Origin: Acidobacteriota bacterium
GTDB taxonomy: Bacteria; Acidobacteriota; Terriglobia; Terriglobales; Acidobacteriaceae
NCBI GenBank assembly: GCA_003224855.1
Contig: QHZY01000011.1
Coordinates: forward strand, 2,602-66,601
DNA length: 64,000 nucleotides
Direction of reading: 5' to 3'
In this document: positions 55,431 through 62,860 of the stretch, one piece after another
Layout: every line of letters starts with the position of its first letter
How positions within the stretch are numbered: position 1 is the stretch's first letter
Translations under genes and position numbers: made by a program
The notes under the pieces: generated by a model
The model's input: only the letters and a program-made list of their open reading frames with translations
What the model was told of the DNA's origin: nothing
Databases searched by the model: none

Positions 55431-55774
55431 GCAGCGCGCCTGGATTCGCTGGCGCGAACCAGTTTTGCTTTTCTCGCCTTGCTTTTCGTATTGGAAGGTT
55501 TGGGATCGGTGGCCGTCGCCGGCGATTTCTTGCCCAGCGGTGAAATAGCCTGTTCTCCCGATTCTCCGAACACCAGCAGAACTACATCGGAGACTGAAAA
55601 ATATTGCACTGAACCTTCAGTCTGAAAAGCCAGTACGCCTTCCGTTCCTCCCGCATACTTTCCGTAATAATGGTGTCCGTCCTTTAATTGCAATGAGTCT
55701 GACCAGCCCAGAGCTGACCCTCCGACCAGGAAAGCGGCCAAGAGAAGCGGTCGAGATGAGAGACGCAGTTTCAC
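55424..55774 (-). CDS. hypothetical secreted protein
   Basis: GTG start, signal peptide (RPLLLAAFLVGGSALG), a small beta-rich domain and a basic tail. Modest support. Confidence 0.45.
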   Translation of the reverse strand: MKLRLSSRPLLLAAFLVGGSALGWSDSLQLKDGHHYYGKYAGGTEGVLAFQTEGSVQYFSVSDVVLLVFGESGEQAISPLGKKSPATATDPKPSNTKSKARKAKLVRASESRRAAY

Positions 55775-55865
55775 GGATCAGTCACTGTACGCTCCGGAAG
55801 CTGGCTGAACCATCAGGTGAAGCATGTAATCGGGCAGGTTAAAACGAAGTAGCCCCTGTAATCCG

Positions 55866-55892
55866 AAAAAAATGGCCGGATGTTAGCCGGCC
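55866..55892 (-). terminator. intrinsic terminator downstream of the YciE-like gene
   Basis: On the minus strand: GGCCGG-CTAACAT-CCGGCC followed by ATTTTTTT, about 24 nt after the stop at 55916. Confidence 0.6.
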
Positions 55893-55915
55893 CTCTGAAT
55901 AGTTGCAGGTCAACT

Positions 55916-56521
55916 CTAAGCCGCTGGTCTTTTTCGAGACGTACGGCCGCGTTTTGCGGTTTGCTGGTCAGCCTCGAGCTCCTCACCTTCTATATCCTCA
56001 GACTCAGCGTCTTCACCTTCGCTGGCTTCCACGTTGATCTGGTCGGCGAGTTCGGTGAGCTTCTGATCGGTCTCTTTCTCCTCTTCCAGAGTTTCCTCCA
56101 GCAGAGAAACAGCTTCGTCCTCTCCCAGCAACTCAGCAAAAGTGCGAACAGTGCCGTATCCGGCGATCTCATAATGCTCAACCTTCTGGGCTGCGCCGAT
56201 GATCGCGGCGTCTTTGACTTCCGAATCGAAGTCATCTTCCTTCAGAAGCTCGCTACCTTCCTTAATCAAGCCTTCCATTCCCTTGCACTTTTCGGCCTTG
56301 GGTTTTTCACCCAAGCCGGCAAAGACCTTTTCCAGTCGACTAACATGATTACGGGTTTGTTCCAGGTGTTCTTCAAAAGCTTCCCGCAGCTCTGGCGATG
56401 AGGAGCCTTCGGCCATCTTCGGCAAAGCCTTGGTCAATTGATTTTCGGCGTCGTAGAGATCACGTAATTCTTCTATGAACAGCTCTTTAAGAGAATGCGC
56501 TTTCACATTTGCCTCCTGCAT
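55916..56521 (-). CDS. ferritin-like DUF892/YciE-family stress protein with acidic C-terminal tail
   Basis: LFIEELRDLYDAENQLTKALPKM, EHLEQT..H, and AAQKVEHYEIAGYGT, as in the YciE family. The tail is Glu-rich and ends basic. Confidence 0.8.
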   Translation of the reverse strand: MQEANVKAHSLKELFIEELRDLYDAENQLTKALPKMAEGSSSPELREAFEEHLEQTRNHVSRLEKVFAGLGEKPKAEKCKGMEGLIKEGSELLKEDDFDSEVKDAAIIGAAQKVEHYEIAGYGTVRTFAELLGEDEAVSLLEETLEEEKETDQKLTELADQINVEASEGEDAESEDIEGEELEADQQTAKRGRTSRKRPAA

Positions 56522-56605
56522 GATTTGTGGGGATTCGCACCGTCACTTGCTGATGCTTGGATGACGCAAACGCTTTAACGTCCACCTGAATGACCGAATA
56601 GATTT

Positions 56606-56836
56606 TTAGATGATCGAGGCGAGAAGCAGGGCCGATCCCGTCATGAGACCGGCGCCTGCTCGAAAGGTGGGGTTAAAGAGGGCAACTTTCATTGGCCGAG
56701 AATAATCGCCTTCCTCAACACCAGCGTCGCGCTTGCCGGCGATTGTGTCCAGGTCGTCATCGGTCAATTTACCCCAGCGTTCCTTGGCCGAGCCTTTCAA
56801 CTGCTTCCATTTGCCTTCAATCTGGTCCCAGTTCAT
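56606..56836 (-). CDS. CsbD/YjbJ-like stress protein, N-terminal half only, with unrelated hydrophobic tail
   Basis: MNWDQIEGKWKQLKGSAKERWGKLTDDDLDTIAGKRD matches the first half of YjbJ/CsbD. The expected QLVGKIQERYG-type continuation is replaced by ...FNPTFRAGAGLMTGSALLLASII. Confidence 0.55.
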   Translation of the reverse strand: MNWDQIEGKWKQLKGSAKERWGKLTDDDLDTIAGKRDAGVEEGDYSRPMKVALFNPTFRAGAGLMTGSALLLASII

Positions 56837-57236
56837 GCCGCTCTCCTTGTATTGTTCATCCAAACGATTCAGCAACAACAGATTTCGGTTGAATGAAAAA
56901 GATTACGATCGATCTCAAAAGCGAAACTATTGAGTGGCGGGGTTTGATCCAATCCACAATTGATGGTATGTGGAGCTGCGGGATTACTGTAGAACCTCTT
57001 AGTATCAAATCAGCATTTCTTGCCCAGGCATTCCATTCTGGCGCAGAGTCCACGCGTTTAGCTGCGATTTTTCCCCATTCGCGAGCAACCTGTCCCCACC
57101 GGTACCGGTACAGCAAGTATCTGAAGTGCTTACGGACTCCACCGGATGGTTCGTTCGGCAGCCAACCCATACCCTCAGTAAGTCACGCTGCCCTGATCCG
57201 TACCCGAGGCGGCTTTGCTGTGAAAGGAGAAAGCAA

Positions 57237-57953
57237 GTGACCACCGACCTACAGAACACCCGCACCGAATCTGATCTCGATCTCATCAGCCGCGCACAAA
57301 GCGGCGACTCTGACGCTTTCGCGTCACTGTTTCACGCTCATAAAGCGCGCATCTATTCGGTTTGCCTTCGCATGACCAACAATACCGCGGAAGCCGAAGA
57401 TTTGACTCAGGACGCGTTCCTGCAAGTTTTCCGAAAGCTTGCAACCTTCCGAGGAGATTCAGCCCTCTCCACATGGCTGTATCGCATCGCAGTGAATACG
57501 GTGCTGATGCATTTTCGCAAGAAAGCTCTGAAGCAAGTGTCGCTCGACGAACCTTATAACCAGGATGCACGCCTGGTTCGGCGAGAGTATGGCAGCCGTG
57601 ACGGACGACTGGTAGGTTCTGTTGACCGCATCGCATTGACGCGAGCCATCAAGGAACTTCCGGTGGGATATCGCACGATCTTCCTGCTTCATGAAGTGGA
57701 AGGCTATGAGCACCAGGAAATCGCCGAGCTGCTGGATTGCTCAGTCGGAAACTCGAAGTCTCAGTTGCACAAAGCGAAGCTTCGCATTCGCGAACTGCTG
57801 GGCCATGCCCGGCAGGAAAAACCGGCAGGGTCGCGCAAAGATCAGTTCCCTGGCGAGAACTCCGACTGGGAACTTCCTGAAGCCGAACCCTCTGAAGTGC
57901 CGGTGCAGGCGATCAAGCCACGCTCGCGCGAGTGGGCGCATTCGAACGCCTAG
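57237..57953 (+). CDS. ECF-type RNA polymerase sigma factor, paralogue of 22762-23361, with ~45-aa C-terminal extension
   Basis: AGGAG lies 7 nt upstream of GTG 57237. Region 2 (AEDLTQDAFLQVFRKLATFRGDSALSTWLYRIAVN) and region 4 ([25 protein letters not shown]). No anti-sigma gene is adjacent. Confidence 0.85.
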   Translation: MTTDLQNTRTESDLDLISRAQSGDSDAFASLFHAHKARIYSVCLRMTNNTAEAEDLTQDAFLQVFRKLATFRGDSALSTWLYRIAVNTVLMHFRKKALKQVSLDEPYNQDARLVRREYGSRDGRLVGSVDRIALTRAIKELPVGYRTIFLLHEVEGYEHQEIAELLDCSVGNSKSQLHKAKLRIRELLGHARQEKPAGSRKDQFPGENSDWELPEAEPSEVPVQAIKPRSREWAHSNA

Positions 57954-57999
57954 TGCGGTATGACCATGGCAACGTGATGGTACTAATCCCGGGGATCTT

Positions 58000-59061
58000 G
58001 TGTACATCGGCGCAATTTTAACAATCGCGGGCTCACCCGCTCCTATGGCGAATCGGTCGCGATCAACCACGCCATCGAGTTGCCTTCTTCTGGGGAAGCC
58101 GGTCGCGACCTGGGATTTACTTGGCAAAAGCCTGCTGGAGAGGCTCATTACGCGGCTGCAAGTCTTCGGCGTGGACCGAGTCGCGGCCATCTTCGAGGAC
58201 GCACTGTTTCGATCACCGCAGTTGCCCGGTCAGAAAGAAAATGCAGCTGCGTCTGGAAGCGCGTTTTGGAACAACTGGGATTCTGTGATTTCCGAATACC
58301 TGCAGCATGGGATGGAAACTCTCATCCTGACTCGAGTGGGTCCATACGCTGAATTCGACCTTGCGGATGTGCTGCGCGCACACCATCAGACGGGCAGCGA
58401 TTTGACCCAGGTTTACCGGGGTGATGTGCCGCTGGATCTGGTTGTGGTACGGGCGTCCCGATTGCGCGAGGGCGAGGGTTCCTATCGCAATCGCTTGAGT
58501 AATTTATTGCGCAATCGTCACATTTACTCCATGGGTGGATATTTCAATCCGCTTTCGAGCCCGCTCGAGTTTCGCCGCTTACTGACAGACGCTCTGCTCG
58601 GGCGCTGTTCAATCCGGCCGGTTGGCCGTGAGGTGGAGCCCGGAATATGGCTGGGGCAGGGTGCCTCGATCGATTCAAGTGCGATGCTCGAGCCGCCTGT
58701 GTACGTAGGAGCGCACAGCTCGCTGGGTCCTGCGTGCAAGGTGCTTGGAATGAGTTCGATTGAGAAAGCCTGCGAAATCGATGCCGGAACTACGGTAGAG
58801 CAGTCTTGTGTGCTGGAACACACATATCTTGGCATGGGTCTGCATCTGCAACATACCGTGGCGGGCGACGGCAAACTTTTTCACCTGGAACGGGAGATTG
58901 AAGTTGAGATCCAGGATGGCCGGCTGATTGGCAGGCCGGGTATTCAGCATAACGTGACGCGCGCTGCCCGATCGATTGTGAATTCGGTGCTGTCAACCCG
59001 TGCAGCTCAGGCTGCATCTGTTAACCATCAGATAGCGGCCGAAAAAAGTCACGAGAGGTGA
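58000..59061 (+). CDS. nucleotidyltransferase-like N-domain plus left-handed beta-helix C-domain protein, catalytic signature degenerate
   Basis: The layout resembles sugar-1-P nucleotidyltransferases/eIF2B-like proteins (…LLLGKPVATWDLLGKSLLERL…VDRV…; LbH repeats from about aa 205). The G-x-G-T-R signature position reads IAGSPAP. Confidence 0.5.
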   Translation: MYIGAILTIAGSPAPMANRSRSTTPSSCLLLGKPVATWDLLGKSLLERLITRLQVFGVDRVAAIFEDALFRSPQLPGQKENAAASGSAFWNNWDSVISEYLQHGMETLILTRVGPYAEFDLADVLRAHHQTGSDLTQVYRGDVPLDLVVVRASRLREGEGSYRNRLSNLLRNRHIYSMGGYFNPLSSPLEFRRLLTDALLGRCSIRPVGREVEPGIWLGQGASIDSSAMLEPPVYVGAHSSLGPACKVLGMSSIEKACEIDAGTTVEQSCVLEHTYLGMGLHLQHTVAGDGKLFHLEREIEVEIQDGRLIGRPGIQHNVTRAARSIVNSVLSTRAAQAASVNHQIAAEKSHER

Positions 59062-59435
59062 GGAGGAAGAAATATCAGATGGTGCTTAAATTCCCAGAAC
59101 GTGTCACCGGAGCAGAAGCCAGACTTTTCGCGGATCGGATCAGCGATGAACTGCAGCACGATCGCCCTCGCGTAGTTGCCGATCTCTCGGAAGTACGCCA
59201 GATCGACAGCCGGGCTCTGCATGTCCTTCTCGAGTGCCTGATCGAAGTGACGCGTCAAGACGGAGAATTCTATCTGGGGGGCGTTTCACCTGAAGCAGCA
59301 ACCGTTCTGGAACTCACGCAGATGAACACCGTGTTTGAGCTTTTACCTGAGTTGGTGCAGCCGGCCGAGAGTTTCAGGAGTCATGCAACGCAGCCAATGC
59401 AGGAAATCAATGCTGTGCAGCCGCTGGCAGCTTAG
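59058..59435 (+). CDS. STAS-domain protein (anti-sigma-factor-antagonist-like)
   Basis: STAS pattern: VVADLSEVRQIDSRALHVLLECL...GEFYLGGVSPEAATVLELTQM. GTG 59058 overlaps the upstream stop as GTGA; ATG 59079 is an alternative start. Confidence 0.7.
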   Translation: MRRKKYQMVLKFPERVTGAEARLFADRISDELQHDRPRVVADLSEVRQIDSRALHVLLECLIEVTRQDGEFYLGGVSPEAATVLELTQMNTVFELLPELVQPAESFRSHATQPMQEINAVQPLAA

Positions 59436-59461
59436 GCGATGGAATTTCGAAGGAATTTTCA

Positions 59462-59947
59462 ATGATCAGTCCGACCATCAGCGCACTCAAACGACTGCTT
59501 GCGATGGCGCTCTGTCTTTTGCTGACTGGCATGGCGGTAGCACAGGACCAGGTTTCACCGCCTCCACCTCAGGATCAGCAGTCGAGCCCTTCGCGCCCGT
59601 TCGATAGACAGGAGCAGGAAGACAAAGCCTCGCAAGACATTCTGAACCGGAGTCACTTGCCGGACTCGGCGGGTTCCGCGAAATCTATTGAGGAACTGCC
59701 GCCCGCACCGCAAGCCGGAATACAGGCTTTATCGCAAGAACCGACCGGCACAGCTGCTGCACCCGCCGGAAAGATCACTGGAAGCGCAGCCTCGCAACCG
59801 GCGGGAGTGGCGATCGCTCCGGCCAAACAACGCCAGGTGCGGTCGATCCTGATCAAGGTGGGCGCTCTTGCGGGCGCCGGTATCGCACTCGGCACGGTGT
59901 ACGGACTTTCGAAGGCGAGTCCATCCACTCCTCCGGGCAGTCATTGA
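59462..59947 (+). CDS. hypothetical secreted low-complexity (Pro/Gln/Ala-rich) protein with C-terminal hydrophobic segment
   Basis: Signal peptide (LLAMALCLLLTGMAVAQ), a disordered middle, and then ILIKVGALAGAGIALGTVYGL. Confidence 0.45.
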   Translation: MISPTISALKRLLAMALCLLLTGMAVAQDQVSPPPPQDQQSSPSRPFDRQEQEDKASQDILNRSHLPDSAGSAKSIEELPPAPQAGIQALSQEPTGTAAAPAGKITGSAASQPAGVAIAPAKQRQVRSILIKVGALAGAGIALGTVYGLSKASPSTPPGSH

Positions 59948-59970
59948 TCGCATCCGGTAATAGTTTATCC

Positions 59971-60672
59971 ATGAGTCAAGATCGCCTCGGCCCGATTCTG
60001 GTCAGCTTTTCCGGCATGGACGGATCTGGAAAAAGCACGCAGATAGAAAATCTGTGCGCACGCTTGATTTCTGCGGGTCTGACTGTTTCTCGCGTGACGT
60101 TTTGGGATGACGTGGTTGGACTTTCAAAATGGCGTGCAGGGTTCAGTCATAAGTTTCTTAAGAGCACCGGGGAAATCGGTGAGCCGGGGAAGCCTGCCAG
60201 GCGAAATGACAAGAACAACCGCGCATGGTATCTGCTGCTGGCCCGCAGCGCGCTGTATGTTCTGGACGCCTGGAATCTGCGCGCAGCTGTTTTCAAAGCC
60301 CGCAGGCGCAACGCCTCAGTCGTGGTGTTTGACCGTTATATCTACGATCAACTGGCCACCCTGCCCATCAATTCCGTGACAAAATCTTATGCCCGCCTGG
60401 CGCTCCATATCGCGCCCAAGCCGGATATTGCATTCGTGCTTGACGCCGAGCCTGAAGCAGCGCGCGAGCGCAAGCCTGAATATCCCATTGATTTTCTCCA
60501 CAAATACCGTGCTTCCTATCTTGCGCTGTCAAAGTTGGCAGGCCTGCGACTGGTCCCCCCCGGATCGCTGGAACAGGTACAAAACGTGATTACGCAAGAA
60601 CTCAATCAGCGGTGCGGACTTGATTCCCTGCCCAGAAACAGCGCCGCCGAGCTTCCGGCCGTCTCAACGTAA
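59971..60672 (+). CDS. thymidylate-kinase-like P-loop protein
   Basis: ILVSFSGMDGSGKSTQ P-loop and a DRY motif (VVFDRYIYDQ), as in the dTMP kinase fold. The REPGGT-type nucleotide-monophosphate motif is not evident. Confidence 0.6.
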   Translation: MSQDRLGPILVSFSGMDGSGKSTQIENLCARLISAGLTVSRVTFWDDVVGLSKWRAGFSHKFLKSTGEIGEPGKPARRNDKNNRAWYLLLARSALYVLDAWNLRAAVFKARRRNASVVVFDRYIYDQLATLPINSVTKSYARLALHIAPKPDIAFVLDAEPEAARERKPEYPIDFLHKYRASYLALSKLAGLRLVPPGSLEQVQNVITQELNQRCGLDSLPRNSAAELPAVST

Positions 60673-60767
60673 TCGCTTGCCCTGCTTCAGGTTTTAGCCT
60701 CTCAGCCCAATTCCGCAACCAACATCTTTGGCGCAGTGCTCATCCAAAACCAGCTAAGAGAGCCCCT

Positions 60768-61505
60768 ATGGAAAACAATTCGGCCCCGGGAAAATTCGCT
60801 CTGGTCGTGCCGGCACTGAAAGAAGCCGGAAACCTTCCAACTCTGATCGATCGGGCGCAGATCGCGCTGGCGCGGCAGAGTAATGACTATGAGCTCATCA
60901 TTGTTGACGATGACAGCCGTGATGGGACGGAGGAGATCGTCCAGGAATATTCACGTCGTGATCAGAGAATTCGTCTGCTGGTACGTAAAGGAGCGCGGGG
61001 ACTTTCTGGAGCAGTGCTGCACGGGTGGAATCATACCGACGCTACCATGCTGGGCGTGATGGATGCTGACCTGCAACATCCGCCGGAACTGTTGCCCACA
61101 TTGCTGGCTGCGGTAAATGACGGAAATGACATCGCAATCGCGAGCCGATATGTGGCAAAGGATTCCATTTCTAACTGGAACGTGGCCCGCCAGTTGATTT
61201 CGCGTTTCGGGACCTGGGCGACGTGGCCTCTGCAGCGGCGCGGGCTCAGGATCAAGGATCCACTCTCCGGATTTTTCATTGTGCGCCGGGAGTGCATCGA
61301 CGGGTTAGAGCTGCAGCCCTACGGCTTCAAGATCTTGCTTGAAATTCTGGTAAAAGGACGAATTCAGAAAGCTGCGGAGCTGCCGTTTAAGTTTGCAACC
61401 CGCCACGCAGGAGAAAGTAAGGCCGATCTGAAAATTGCGTTCCAGTATTTTTCACTACTGGGCAAGCTTTCACGTCACGCATTCTTCGGACCCGGTTCCC
61501 AATGA
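60768..61505 (+). CDS. GT2 polyprenol-phosphate mannose/glucose synthase (DPM1/Ppm1-like)
   Basis: VVPALKEAGNL, IIVDDDSRDGT, the DADLQHPP motif, and a soluble ~245-aa size typical of DPM1-like GT2 enzymes. Confidence 0.8.
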   Translation: MENNSAPGKFALVVPALKEAGNLPTLIDRAQIALARQSNDYELIIVDDDSRDGTEEIVQEYSRRDQRIRLLVRKGARGLSGAVLHGWNHTDATMLGVMDADLQHPPELLPTLLAAVNDGNDIAIASRYVAKDSISNWNVARQLISRFGTWATWPLQRRGLRIKDPLSGFFIVRRECIDGLELQPYGFKILLEILVKGRIQKAAELPFKFATRHAGESKADLKIAFQYFSLLGKLSRHAFFGPGSQ

Positions 61506-62860
61506 GAATCTGCCTGGTAACAGCTTTCCCCCCCAGCCGGCAAGCGCTGAACGAGTACGGGTTTCATATCGCCCGCGAACTTGCCCAAGTGCCCGGCCTG
61601 GAGTTGACGATTTTAGGCGACGATCTGTCTCACCCTGAACCGGAACTGCCGGAGTTTTCCGTAACTCGCTGCTGGTCGTTCAACAGCCTCAAAAATCCCT
61701 GGCGCTTGCTCCGAGCGATTAGAAAGTGCAAGCCTGACGTGGTCTGGTTCAATCTCGGTTTCGCCAGCTTCGGCGGCAAGCCGCTTCCTGCGTTTCTTGG
61801 CATCGTGATCCCCGCACTGGCACGGAGCGGCGGGTACTATACGCACGTCACCTTGCATCAGCTCATGGAAACCGTGGACCTGAAAGATGCAGGTATCAGA
61901 TTTCCCCTGGCCTATGCGGTGGCAGGGTTTCTGGCCACAGAGGCGCTGTTGTGCGCTAACTCTGTATCGGTGCTGCTGCCGGCATATCGCAGCATTCTGC
62001 GTCATCGCTACGGTCGGGGCGCAGTATACGTTCGCAGCCACGGCATCTTGTCCGGACGTCCGGAATACCCACACTTCAACGAACGCGGCAACCCTGAGCA
62101 CCGAATTCTGGCTTTCGGAAAGTGGGGCACCTACAAGCGGCTGGAGTTAATGATCGAGGCGTTCCAGATGGTCGCCAAAGACAATCCTCGCGCGAAGCTG
62201 GTGATTGCCGGCACGGACCATCCGAAAACCCCCGGCTACCTGGAATCTGTGAAGCAACAATGCTGGGGACAGGAGCAGATTGAATTTATTGGATACGTCA
62301 GCGAGGACGCGGTTCCCGGCCTATTTCAATCCGCTACCGTAGCCGTGATGCCCTATACCTCGTCTGCGGGGTCCAGCGGAGTGGCGCACTTGTGCTGTGC
62401 TTACGGTGTCCCGATTATGGCTTCGGATATCGCCGACTTCAGGCAGCTGGCCGAAGAAGAAGGCCTGTCAATCGATTTTTTTGAACCGGGTGATGTGCAG
62501 AGTCTCGCCAGCAAGATGGGCGCGCTACTCGAAGATCGTGAACGCCAGGCCGAGATGGCCATTCAGAATTTTTCAGCCGCTTTGCGCATGAGCATGCCTG
62601 AGATTATCCGGCAATATATTCAGACCTTTCAGTTACAGCGCCACCTCGGATTACTGACCCGGATTTCGCGCCTGCGCAAATTGCCCCGATGGTTTCCCAT
62701 GCGGCCTCGCCTGGTGCGGGTTGCTGCTCCCAGGCTATTCTCCAGGTCTCCTGCGCTCACTCTGCGCGCTCAGCAAAGAATGGAAACACTCTTGAAGAAC
62801 TATACGAACACACGAGGAGAGACGGTTCTTCCCGGAATCGCTCCCCCGCCGAGAGAATAG
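61502..62860 (+). CDS. GT4-family (GT-B) glycosyltransferase
   Basis: ATGA overlap with the GT2 stop. C-terminal GT-B donor region (…YVSEDAVPGLFQSATVAVMPY…SGVAHLCCAYGVPIMASD…). Confidence 0.75.
   Translation: MRICLVTAFPPSRQALNEYGFHIARELAQVPGLELTILGDDLSHPEPELPEFSVTRCWSFNSLKNPWRLLRAIRKCKPDVVWFNLGFASFGGKPLPAFLGIVIPALARSGGYYTHVTLHQLMETVDLKDAGIRFPLAYAVAGFLATEALLCANSVSVLLPAYRSILRHRYGRGAVYVRSHGILSGRPEYPHFNERGNPEHRILAFGKWGTYKRLELMIEAFQMVAKDNPRAKLVIAGTDHPKTPGYLESVKQQCWGQEQIEFIGYVSEDAVPGLFQSATVAVMPYTSSAGSSGVAHLCCAYGVPIMASDIADFRQLAEEEGLSIDFFEPGDVQSLASKMGALLEDRERQAEMAIQNFSAALRMSMPEIIRQYIQTFQLQRHLGLLTRISRLRKLPRWFPMRPRLVRVAAPRLFSRSPALTLRAQQRMETLLKNYTNTRGETVLPGIAPPPRE

Noticed and set aside
55880-56401. 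173-aa plus-strand ORF
   Set aside because: It lies antisense to the YciE/DUF892 gene, which has strong motif support. Its Leu/Phe-rich sequence is an artefact of the complementary Glu/Lys-rich coding strand.
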